Assembly: GCA_050294405.1 (NCBI GenBank)
Contig: JBNKOC010000012.1
Coordinates: 128,001-192,000, forward strand
Source of the DNA: Fibrobacteria bacterium
GTDB taxonomy: Bacteria > Fibrobacterota > Fibrobacteria > UBA11236 > JADFYW01
Direction of reading: 5' to 3'
Length of the DNA stretch: 64,000 nt
Shown here: positions 38,354 to 49,200 of the stretch, piece by piece
Numbering within the stretch: position 1 is the first letter of the stretch
How the letters are laid out: every line of letters starts with the position of its first letter
The notes under the pieces: generated by a model
What the model was told of the DNA's origin: nothing
Database searches by the model: none
Seen by the model: only the letters and a program-made list of their open reading frames with translations
Translations under genes and position numbers: made by a program

Positions 38354-39913
38354 ATGGCCAGGGTTGGCGAACTTTATGACTCCAAATACGCCGTGGATGA
38401 GGAATTTAATCCGGGCAGTGTGGGTCAATCCTATTTGTGTCGGTCAGAAATCTGGCCCGACAAAAAATTGGTTTTAAAAACGATTCATTCAGATTTTTTG
38501 CATATGCCCGGGTTTAGCCAATCTTTTGGGTTGGTTGCCAAATCATTGGCCAATTTAAAAATACCTCAATTGGTGCAGGTTCTGGAGCTGGGAAAATACA
38601 ACGGGGAACTTTACTATGTATCTCCCTTTATTGAAGGTAAAAGTTTAAGACGGTGGATGAAAGAAACCTTAAACTTTGAAGAGCGAATATTAACGGGTTT
38701 GGAAACATTAAAAAAGCTTTCTCAATTGTTAAAGAAAATGGAGGAGGCCAATTGTTTTGCCTTTTTAAAACCCGAAAACATTATTCTCAATGATGGCCAG
38801 GTCTATTTGAAGGAATTTTGGATTGCCGGTTATATACCTGTAAGCTTTTTTGAAAAAAATGTGGCGGCTGCCCATTATCTTCCCTATGTTGCTCCTGAAC
38901 TAAAAGAAGATTGGGGCTCTAATACTCCATCTGGACATTGTTATGCTTTAGGCGCCATGTTATATGAAATATTGGTTGGGAAAGCTCCCTTGGGCAAAAT
39001 TAAACTGCCTAGTGCTTTTTCCAATATTTACAATCGGGATGTGGATAATATCATTTTAAGTTTTCTTGCGAAAAACCCTTCGCAGCGGATTTATCGCTTA
39101 GAAGATATTCAAAAAGCCCTTAACCATTTGCTTTTAACTTTTATTCCCACAAAAAATAAAAGGCCGGATATTGAAGATGAATGGCATGAACAATCTTTAG
39201 GGGAGAGCGTATCGGTTTCACACATGTCCCATGCTCCAAATAACAATGGCAAAATGGAATCAGGCGTTATGCCAAAGCAGCAATCCCCTTCTGCTTTAGA
39301 TTCCATGAGGGCTATGGAAGATGATTTTGAAAATGAAGAAGATGATATCGACACTCAGGTTATCGATCACCTTGCTTTAAAAAAACAGTTAAAAGAGCAG
39401 GATTCAGTTATTGAACCATATCTGCCTGAAGAAGATAGCGCTGTTACTGAAATAGCTTCTTCTCCCCCGGAAGAACCAAAAATAATGCCTCCACAGCTAA
39501 ATCTGCGCAAGAGTGAAACTCAAAATGAGGCTCCTGGGCCAAAGCGGAATGATAACAAGGCATTTGCAGTAGAAAAACCAACATCCAGGCCAGATTCTAA
39601 ACTCCAAAAAAAGGCGGGTAAAATGGAAGAGGATGATCCTTACTCTGAAACCCAGGAAGAAGTGTATACCAGTCCTCTTGAAGATACGGTGGTGGAAAAA
39701 GCTGCGGTAAACAAACCTGCGCCGGATATCCTTCGCAATCAAAAAAAACAGCCTAAACCTTCTCTTCCTAAAATGGATACAGAAATTGAGGAAGAAGAGG
39801 AGGAGGAGCCAAAAGTTCCCACTGCAGTTAAAATAATTTTAGCTCTTGCCGGAGTAATTATTGTTGGCGGGGCTATATTCTTAGGTTTTTCCCAGGCGGT
39901 TTCATGGAAATAA
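38354..39913 (+). CDS. Ser/Thr kinase-like pseudokinase with acidic linker and C-terminal TM anchor
   Basis: LVLK, LKPENI, YVAPE and LYEILVG retained; HRD replaced by FAF and DFG by EFW. Confidence 0.78.
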   Translation: MARVGELYDSKYAVDEEFNPGSVGQSYLCRSEIWPDKKLVLKTIHSDFLHMPGFSQSFGLVAKSLANLKIPQLVQVLELGKYNGELYYVSPFIEGKSLRRWMKETLNFEERILTGLETLKKLSQLLKKMEEANCFAFLKPENIILNDGQVYLKEFWIAGYIPVSFFEKNVAAAHYLPYVAPELKEDWGSNTPSGHCYALGAMLYEILVGKAPLGKIKLPSAFSNIYNRDVDNIILSFLAKNPSQRIYRLEDIQKALNHLLLTFIPTKNKRPDIEDEWHEQSLGESVSVSHMSHAPNNNGKMESGVMPKQQSPSALDSMRAMEDDFENEEDDIDTQVIDHLALKKQLKEQDSVIEPYLPEEDSAVTEIASSPPEEPKIMPPQLNLRKSETQNEAPGPKRNDNKAFAVEKPTSRPDSKLQKKAGKMEEDDPYSETQEEVYTSPLEDTVVEKAAVNKPAPDILRNQKKQPKPSLPKMDTEIEEEEEEEPKVPTAVKIILALAGVIIVGGAIFLGFSQAVSWK

Positions 39914-40248
39914 CTGTAGCCGGTTTAGATGAACTTGCCATTGGTGGGACTATTAGCTTTGACATACCAGGTCCCAGAAAAGGCAGAACCGGTTTTATTA
40001 TCAACACTTCAGAAGGTTATAAGGCTTATTACAATAAATGTATGCATTGGCCAGTTCCCCTGGATATGGATGACGGAGAATTTTACCATCAAAGAACTGG
40101 CAAAATTATTTGCAAGACCCACGGGGCCGTATACACTCCTGAAACTGGCTTTTGCGAAGGGGGCCCTTGTCAGGGAGCCTTTTTAAAAAAATTTGGGGTT
40201 GATGTATCTGGGGGTAGGGCCGTGGTAACCGTGCCGGATGATTTGTAG
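39904..40248 (+). CDS. Rieske [2Fe-2S] ferredoxin
   Basis: CMH...CKTHG motif, GPC.G. Confidence 0.9.
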   Translation: MEITVAGLDELAIGGTISFDIPGPRKGRTGFIINTSEGYKAYYNKCMHWPVPLDMDDGEFYHQRTGKIICKTHGAVYTPETGFCEGGPCQGAFLKKFGVDVSGGRAVVTVPDDL

Positions 40249-40339
40249 GAATATTAAGCCATCCCCATCCTGTTAAAAAATTAAAAGTTGTTTTTGGTCA
40301 ACTTGAATACCAAATATTATTTCGTATAGGGTCACAGTT

Positions 40340-40729
40340 TTAAATCAATTGATATTTATAGTCTTCATTTTCGAATGGCAATTCTAAACTCCACCTTGTG
40401 GCATCAATAAAAATCTTTTTTTTGTCTCGGTATTCGTCAGACTTTACATCGGATTTTTGGAAAATTAAATTATTTAGTTCCATTATCGAATCAATCACCC
40501 TGGGGGGCGAAACAAGTAATATAGTATTTACAGCCATAATATAATTTGAGCGGCATTTTTTATCTGTCAGACCACCTACTTCCAGCTGTGAGAGTGCAAT
40601 AAATAAATTTTTATAATTTCTAAATTTATGCAATTGAAGTGCAGCCTTGCGCTCTGCACGTTTTGTGAGGAAAAACAAAATAGCAGCAGTTAAGAAACTT
40701 ATAATTCCTGAAATTATGGTAAGAAACAT
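40340..40729 (-). CDS. Small protein with N-terminal TM helix
   Basis: ATG 40729 follows an AAGGA SD; MFLTIISGIISFLTAAILFFLTK then a helical soluble part; the ORF-track start 40840 overlaps the upstream gene. Confidence 0.6.
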   Translation of the reverse strand: MFLTIISGIISFLTAAILFFLTKRAERKAALQLHKFRNYKNLFIALSQLEVGGLTDKKCRSNYIMAVNTILLVSPPRVIDSIMELNNLIFQKSDVKSDEYRDKKKIFIDATRWSLELPFENEDYKYQLI

Positions 40730-40791
40730 TCCAGTTCCTTGGGGCATAATAGTTAAACAACAATTTGAGCAGGTCATATATAAACTTTGGT

Positions 40792-41715
40792 TTAAGCGGA
40801 CATAGAGGCGTGTATATGGTTTCCTTCGTAATACACCCACTCAAACCCTACATTTACCGCCAATCGTCCGAGCATACCTAATCTGTCATTTTTGACTGGA
40901 AAAGTGGTTAAATCTACTGAGCGTCCCTCATAATGTAAGCTATTTATAGAATGTTCGTTGTTCTCATCCCAGGCTTCAGTTACCCTAAGTTTAACACTAT
41001 TCCAATATTTATGGACCTCTACCGATAGAGCATTTAATTTGCTAGAAACTTTTTTTGTCATGTACCTATCAGCATCGGTCCCCTCCTCATTTTTAAATAC
41101 AATATCTGGATTCGTATTTTTAACTAGTTTGTTGAATTCAGGTGAATTTCTGGTGATTTTCTTTGCAAGAGGTCCAACAGTAGATGTTTCCGATTTAGAA
41201 GGAATATGTTCTCCATTTTGTAATGGTGTGTTTTCTACATAGATTAATTTGTTCCCCATGGCATTTTTCCACTCAATTACATAATCTTCAGCCGGACGCT
41301 TGCCAGAAACATTGTAATATTTTTTCCAATATTTAGACATTGTAGGAATATCATTTAGATTGGGTATGCTTTCGGATACCCGTTTGTAATGAATCCTTGC
41401 CATAGCTGCCCCATATTTGTCATTTAGTTTTAACTCATTTAATTTATCATCGGATGTTAATAATAAGGTGAGTTTATCCCGTAATGGTTTGCGATATTTT
41501 AAATAATTATTCCAAATATCATTGTGCGTATTGGGCTCCATTTGAAAAAAACCAAGTGCAGGTCCGCCCCCTAACTGCTCTCTATATTTCAGGGCGCTTT
41601 CAACAATTGCGGTGCCTAGTAAAAGCTGTGCAGCATTTTCTGAAAATAGGTCGATTGCACGAAGGGCAGGTTCTATTTCATCTAATAAAAATTTTTGGTA
41701 CTTATTTTTTGCCAT
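40792..41715 (-). CDS. Lysozyme-like domain fused to Hedgehog N-terminal signalling (Hh/DD-peptidase fold) domain
   Basis: aa 1-153: TAIVES...[10 protein letters not shown] lysozyme-superfamily motifs; aa 163-307: [57 protein letters not shown]. Confidence 0.9.
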   Translation of the reverse strand: MAKNKYQKFLLDEIEPALRAIDLFSENAAQLLLGTAIVESALKYREQLGGGPALGFFQMEPNTHNDIWNNYLKYRKPLRDKLTLLLTSDDKLNELKLNDKYGAAMARIHYKRVSESIPNLNDIPTMSKYWKKYYNVSGKRPAEDYVIEWKNAMGNKLIYVENTPLQNGEHIPSKSETSTVGPLAKKITRNSPEFNKLVKNTNPDIVFKNEEGTDADRYMTKKVSSKLNALSVEVHKYWNSVKLRVTEAWDENNEHSINSLHYEGRSVDLTTFPVKNDRLGMLGRLAVNVGFEWVYYEGNHIHASMSA

Positions 41716-41984
41716 GAGCTATCCTTGGATTTTCCATTAATTTTCAAGTTTAAGAATCAAAATATAGTGCAAGCTTTATTACATGTCCAGCAATTTGATT
41801 TTTTAATGACAATTATGGACAAAATCCAATTAAGGTTCAATTATTGCTTCATGTTGTATGTACAATCTAATTAATTAAGACCTTTTTCAAGTAAAAAAAC
41901 AAATTGATTTGAAAACCTTATTACATTTTTCATTGTTAACTTAACTTTCACTATTAAACAATCAATTTTAGGTCGGGGTGAAAT

Positions 41985-43199
41985 ATGCAACAAATTGAAC
42001 ACATTGTTGTGTTAATAATGGAAAATAGATCTTTTGATCAAATGCTTGGGTATTTAAAATTATATGGAATTAGAAACGATATTGACGGTCTTCAACATCA
42101 TTATTTCAACAGATATAGAGGTAAAAAATATAATCCCTATAGGATAAACGCATATGAATTTAAGCCTGATCCTGGTCATGGGAGTAAGGATGTAGAAGAA
42201 CAATTAACATCCAATAACGGTGGGTTTGTAAAAAATTTTTCAAAATATGATTCTAAAACTCCCGAAGATATTATGGGTTTTTATGATGGGTATGATTTAC
42301 CTGTTTACCACAATTTTTCAGAAAATTACTGTATTTGCGATAAATGGTTTTCCTCTGTAAGAGGCCAAACCCAACCTAACCGTGCCTATGCTTATTCTGG
42401 AACCTCGGAGGGATATTCGGATAATATATTTCCTGGTGAATTTTTCAAAGCCAAAACAATATTCCAAATGCTAGAGGAAACAGGAATTAACTGGAACTTT
42501 TACTCTCATGATATTGCTTCACTGCGGTTTAATAAAAACCATTTTTTTTCGGAGCCAATAGATAAAATTGGAAAATTTTTTGAAAGATGCCATAATGGAA
42601 ATTTAAGTCCCGTTTCATGGATTGATCCGGATTTTGGCATAGGCCCAACAGACGGCAATGACGACCACCCACCACATAATATTCAAAAAGGGCAAAAATT
42701 AGTGGGAAGAATATATAATGCTTTGATTAATGGAAAAAATGATCTTTGGAAAAAAACCATGTTTATTATTACCTATGATGAACACGGTGGGTTTTATGAC
42801 CATGTAAAGCCGAGGAAAGCTGAAGATGATAGAGAGAACTTTAAAAAATATGGTGTAAGGGTTCCTGCTTTTGTGGTCTCACCCTGGGTAGCAAAGCGTT
42901 CTGTATCTAGCATTATTTATGATCATACGAGTATTATTAAAACTATTTACGAAAGATTTTGTTCAAATGAACCCGCTTCAAATTTAGAAAAGTTTGGTTT
43001 AAGAACAAAAAACGCAAATAGCTTATGGAGCTTAATAACTTCAAATTTAAGAGAAGATTGCAAAAGCGTTGACTTAAGTAAAATCAAAGATAATAAAATA
43101 GTTGAACCAAATTCACTTATTCGAAGTGAATTTCAGGAATCTCTATATCATTTGCAAGAATATTGTCAGAACGAAGGACTGCCAAAATCTAAAATATGA
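41985..43199 (+). CDS. Phosphoesterase / non-specific phospholipase C family protein
   Basis: IEHIVVLIMENRSFD, DPGH, TQPNR, DDHPP, ITYDEHGGFYDHV, GVRVP and YDHTS motifs; no signal peptide. Confidence 0.92.
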   Translation: MQQIEHIVVLIMENRSFDQMLGYLKLYGIRNDIDGLQHHYFNRYRGKKYNPYRINAYEFKPDPGHGSKDVEEQLTSNNGGFVKNFSKYDSKTPEDIMGFYDGYDLPVYHNFSENYCICDKWFSSVRGQTQPNRAYAYSGTSEGYSDNIFPGEFFKAKTIFQMLEETGINWNFYSHDIASLRFNKNHFFSEPIDKIGKFFERCHNGNLSPVSWIDPDFGIGPTDGNDDHPPHNIQKGQKLVGRIYNALINGKNDLWKKTMFIITYDEHGGFYDHVKPRKAEDDRENFKKYGVRVPAFVVSPWVAKRSVSSIIYDHTSIIKTIYERFCSNEPASNLEKFGLRTKNANSLWSLITSNLREDCKSVDLSKIKDNKIVEPNSLIRSEFQESLYHLQEYCQNEGLPKSKI

Positions 43200-43220
43200 A
43201 ATCATAGTCCCAGGTAATAT

Positions 43221-46200
43221 ATGAAAAAAATTTCAAAAATTGATTTTTATGATTCCGGTAAAACGGTTTTAAAGACAATAAATGTAGATGGTTGGAAAAA
43301 ATTATCAGCAGATGAAAATTCCAATAGCATTCAATTTTCTCATATAAAAATAAAATTTGAGGATGGAAAGGTTTATTGGATATATGGATTGGAGTTGTCT
43401 GAGGATGAAAGAAAAAAAATCAGCAAAGATTTAGAATTAAAAAATAAAATAATTCAAAAAAATTATCAAACAAGAACGGAAATAAAGATTAAGTTATTCA
43501 TCCCCTATTTTTTTTCTAAGGATCAAGTAGCGAAGGTTACTCTAAAAATTGATCCAAACGCCAAACAGATTAATAATCTAAAATTGGCCGTTTGCTATGA
43601 GAAACAATTTTACGTTGTTTTATCATACTTCAATAATATTGACGACTTTGGGAAAATAGAAAACGAAGATTGGTGCACTAAGTTAGGAAGAAAATTAATA
43701 GACTCACCATCATTAATTTTCAAAAGTTTATGGCCAAAATTTGAAAGCATTTTTGAGAACGAATACTATTTAACCTTTTCCATCACTAATGATATTCAGA
43801 AAAAAAACAAATTTAATAATGCTGTATTTAATTTGGACTATGAGCTAAAAGAAGATGCTGAAGTCAATATTATCCCAGGTTATTCTCCTATGGCAGAAGC
43901 AAAAATCCCGGATTATTATATCCTTGAAATAAGGAACGCTAAGACAAATAAAAAAGATGATGTAGCAAAAATAATTTTTAATTTACATGAAAAAATTTCG
44001 GCGGTAAAATCTTCTTTTCCCCTTTCTTCCCTTCCTGCACTAACCACAGAAGTGGATGGTTGGAACTTTTTTTATGAGATAAAAAAAGAATATAAAGAAG
44101 GTAAATTCAACAGATTTTTTATTGAAAAAGAGCTTCCCAAATTAATATGCCCAGCATGCTTTCCAGGTCAAATTACAAGCGCAAATCTTTTTGATAAAGA
44201 AAACCAAAATTTACAATGGAATATAGAGTGTAAACCATTTAAATTTAATGAGCAAAATTACCCTATTCTGTGCTCCGCAAAATTATTTGAATTTTATCTA
44301 GAGTTTAAAGTTTTAAATTCTATTAAAGAATATGATGTCAGATTTGGCTCATTAGATTTGATAACAAATTCAGTGTACCCGCCCCCTTCCTCCAGTCAAG
44401 AACATTCAATATTTCATTTTATTGTGGAAAAAAAAATAAATCTCGAAAGTTATTCAATTGTTGAAATTATTAAGTGCTCTATCAATTTTCCCATAAAAAC
44501 ATTTATTCCTGGAAACATTGATGATTTACAAAAAATAGAAGCTAAACCTAATCGAGATAGTTCCTTTAAAACAGAAAATAATATTATTCTGATTCCGGAT
44601 AAACGTAACACAATTACTGGTGATGCCCCTTTAAATTATGTTCTAAGAATAGAAGAATTTTTAAAAACAAACCGCTCTCATTCCCTATTGGCAAAAATAA
44701 TTGCCGTGAATAATAACAATGTAAAAATTCCAACGCATAAGTGGATAGTTGTTAATACAGAAAACCACTTTGTGGCTGGTGTTGAAATTAAGAACAATAC
44801 CGAATTAAAAAATGGTTTTGAAATCGCAAAATGGAGTGATTTTGGAACCGATAGATATAAATGGATGTTTCAAGGCTTTGGAAATGTTGAGATAGAATTA
44901 ACCTTGCCTCCTCAATCCATTGGGGAAGAGTTTGAACGGAGGGAGGATATTGGTGAAGGTGATAAATTAAAATTTGCGTTTTCTCCGTCGACTAAAATAA
45001 CATTAAGTGATAAGCTGTTGAATAGAAATTGGGGCCCAGCTTATTGGAGCTTAAACCAGTGGCTTGGTGAAATGGGGCAAAAAGACCCTGGTTCAGATGT
45101 TGTAAATTTGACAATGGAGCTTTTGTATGGCCTTGAAGTGAACATTAATGAGAAAGAATATGAAGGCGAAAATAGACTTAAAATATCCAAATTATTTTCA
45201 CTGATTGGTAACGTACCAAATATTCCTCAAGTCTTAAGTTCTTCGAGCAAGGGAGAATTTAAAAATTGGTATGAAGAACTTGTAAAATATAAAAAAACAG
45301 TTATGTCATATTTGGAAGTACTGCAATTGAGAAGACCAGGGCAAGCTAACTCAGTTAGTATAACTAGCGGCTTAAGATTTTTATTGCGAAAGGATGTTTT
45401 AAAAAAACCGCAGAGTGAGGATAATGGACCACCAGATTTATTAAAGGGTGGGGCTTTGTGGGGTCTTCCTTCATCTTCATCTAATGTATATAAAATGTTA
45501 GTTGATAGTCCTATTTCCAAAAAAGGCGAACTTGAAAATGTGTATTTATCCAGTCTAGGGGGCTGGGGTAAGTTTGTCTCAGATTATGACAAGGTTAAAA
45601 TAATATCAAATACAATGAAAGGCCGAACCTCGAATTATTCTTTGGAATTACTTGGGAGAGTTGGGGTTTTTGGGAATTTAGCAAAATACGTAGCTGTGTT
45701 TGAAAGAACAACATTTCCTTCCGAGCAATTTAGAGAAACTCAAAATAAACATATAAATAGACCAATAGTGCGCAAAGTCAAAGAATATATAGAAATTTTA
45801 GAGGACGAAAAAGAAATTAATCAGCAGTTTATTAAGAGTTGCAAATTTAATAAAGGGGTTAAAATCGCCGTAGATAGTATATGGGGAGAAGATTTTATAT
45901 CCGAAGATGGCGCAGAACTATTCAAAGGTTGGAAAATTCCACTTTGGCAAAAAGATATATCAGATGAAACTTATCCCATGCCGGAAATGTTTTTAGATTG
46001 TCAATCCCTTTCAGAATCAGAAACTGGTATATACTCAAATCAAATATCAAACCCTGAAAATGTATACTTTTATTTTATTTCAGAACCCACGGGCTTTCCG
46101 GTGGAAAAATGGCCGGCTATTTCGGGAATAGATTTTTGTAATCTTCCCAATCCTAAAAATAACGAAGTACCAGAATTAAATAAGGATTCACTAAACTCCA

Positions 46201-49200
46201 TGCTTCCGGATGCTCCTTCTGTTGCATCTGGATTTGGTAACATGACTTTTAACCTTTTAAGCACAAATGTGTTTACAGCGCTTCAGCAATCAGGAGAGGG
46301 TTTTGTAGCCGCTAACATTGAAAATGTGACATTGAGTTGTTCTGAGGAAATTGTTAATTCTCTTCCAGAGGAACTTACGGAAATAAATGGTTTTCAAGAA
46401 AGTTTCAATAAAATTTGGGCTAGTAGTAAAAGGGAAGGTGAAGAATTAAAAAAGATAAAAACATATTTTAAAGATAAATGTGCCGAGATCACAGAAGGTT
46501 TTAAAACCGGTTTGATTGATTCAATTGCTTCAGTAACAAATAGAACGAAAGATTTAAAAACTAAACTTGAAACCATTCAAGCAGATGCGGGTTCTCGTAT
46601 TGAATCGGGAAGAAATAAAATTCATAAATTTGTTGATGAAATAAGCAGAAGTTTAGAGCTGCTCATACAAAAAAATAACCCATTATATTCTATTTCCAAA
46701 AATGTGACCGATAAAATTTTAAAACTTAAAAGTGAAGCTGAAAAAATCATTATTGATTCAGGTTCAAATATTCAAAGGAAGAAATTAGAGATTAATAATA
46801 AAATCCAAGAGACAATTGGACTTATTAATGACCTTGAGGATATTAATAATATTCAAATAAACATCGGCCAATACAATTTTGAATTTGATATGGGTATAAG
46901 TGAAACTATTAAATCTCAAATTGATGAAATTGTAGGTTTTTTAAATAAGTGTAAATTTGAGGGGGATAGCTTAGACTCAAACATACTTAATCCAATAGAA
47001 AACTGGGAAACAAAATTAAAGGAGTTGAAGGTTTATATTGTTTTTGATTTTGTAAGTAAAATAAACAATGCTTTAGTAAAGGATGACAGTTGTTTTCAGA
47101 AAAAGGCAAATAAAGCATGGGAAGAGTTTTGTAATAATAATAAAGAATTGAACTTACCGGATTTAAATGGTTCTTTAATACCTATTAAAAATAACATCAA
47201 TGATCTTATTGATGAAGTTATCGGAAATATATTTGAGGAGTTTCCGGATAAGATTAAAGGGGAAGGAGATGAAGCTGTTGCCTACTTCCAGGCCTGTAAA
47301 AATTTAGTACTCAGCTATTACCAAAAAAGTGGTCTAGCGGGTAATATTCAAAACGGCCGTAATGCAGTACGCATATTAAGGGCTTGGGGAAGCGCTCCGG
47401 ATGTTCCAGGAATGAAGTTTAACCGAAGAAAATTGGCCTATTATTTTAAGGAAGGTCAAAAGGAAATTGAAACTAGCCCGGTTGTTATATCATTAAAAGA
47501 TAAGGTTAAGGATGTTTTTCATAAACTGGATTCCCTAGTTCCCTTTGATCTTAAAAATCCCACCAAGGTATTAAAAGACAGGTGGGAGTTTATCAAAGAC
47601 GGATTTGTTAATGAGGGGGAAGTTTATTTAAAAGATTTTATAAGGAGTTTGGGAGGGGCTAGTTTGGATAAACTTTTGCCTAAAATCCCGGTTCCCCATA
47701 ACTTGAATAAATATTTGGAAATTAAAAATGGCTTTCATAAAGCTACAGGCATGGCCTGGGTGGATTTGCGTTTAAATTACCCCATACCTCAAAGTTCCAT
47801 ATTATATGAAGTGAATCCAGTTAAAATACTGTTAAAAAATATAAGGCTTAGGGCGTATACAAAACTTGAAGCTTCCAAAAGCGGAGTTCAAAATGAAATT
47901 GGAAGCGGAAATTTAAATGCAGATTGGGAATTGGAATTAGGTGGAACAAAAATTATCACGTTTATGGATGTTGATGTTAGTTTCAATAATCGTGGAGAAT
48001 TCGATTTTCGTTTATCGCCGGATAAAATAATTTTACATGGAGTATTGGATGTTATAAAATCAATATTCCCCAAAAATTACAAAGGAAACGGCCTATCAAT
48101 CGGCTTATTCGAAGAAAATAGTATTCCAGTTGGAATTCAGGCATTGCTCTCCTTGTCTATGCCGGATATAACAATAGGCAGTTTGTCTGCTTCCGGATTA
48201 GTTTTAAAAGCTCCTTTTTCCATAGCATATAAAAATGGGGAGTTTGGGATGGGTTTTGGCTTTTCGATTGGAAGTAAGAACACTCCTTTTTCCATTACTT
48301 TATTTGGAGTTAGCGGTGCCTGCTGGCTGGAGAATAACTTTTTTATGGCTGGTAACCGAACCCTAAGCCGAACCTCTATGGGGGTTGCAGTGGGAATGAA
48401 CTTTGGGCTCAATATAATGGATATTGTTTATGGTAGAGCCTATGTTTTTTTCGGAATCAATATAGAATCAGTTTCTGATAATGGCCTTAATAAAAATGAT
48501 TACAGTTATTCTGTGTTTATATTAATTGCAGGTGAACTATCGGTATTGGGGTTGCTTACGGCCCAATTAAAAATATTGCTAGAAGTGGTATACAATAACG
48601 GATTATTGATTGGCAGGGGCACGGTTTCCATTAAAATAGAGATGTTATTTTTTGATATTAAAATTAAGAAGTCCATTAGCTATGAATTTGGAGATGAAGG
48701 AAGTTCCCAAAATAAGCATGAGTATTATAAAACCCTCAATACCTTTGATTCACTTGAGTCGAAAAATAATGTAGTGGAAGATAAAGGAGTAAGTCAAGCA
48801 GGGGGAGAAGGAGAGGGTACAACTAATTTTAAGTTATGGTCCAGTATTGAAAAAGTTGGTGATAATAAATATGGTGTCACTCTGATTTTGGGTTTTGAGC
48901 AAGATGATCAAAGTATCTTAACTGCTGATGGAATTGATAAACTCATTTCTGAAATGAAAAAATGGAAAGATGTAAAAAATATAAAGGCGTACCCTGTAGG
49001 TAATATTAATAATCCCATTACCTTAAATGTTAGCCAGGAGGAAGATAATAACTGGTACAATGGATTTTTTGATAAACTTAAGGAGAAATTTAATACCGCC
49101 TCAATAAATAATGAAAAATGGCTGCAGTATCTGGAGTATTACTCTACTCTACCTGACCCCATATCCCAATATCTAAAGCTAAACTTGATTTGCACAATCC

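Noticed and set aside
40792..41229. Eukaryotic contamination as the source of the Hedgehog sequence
   Set aside because: The domain is fused in frame to a bacterial/phage-type lysozyme-like domain, has an SD, has no introns, signal peptide or Hint domain, and sits among bacterial genes; read-level confirmation is still advisable
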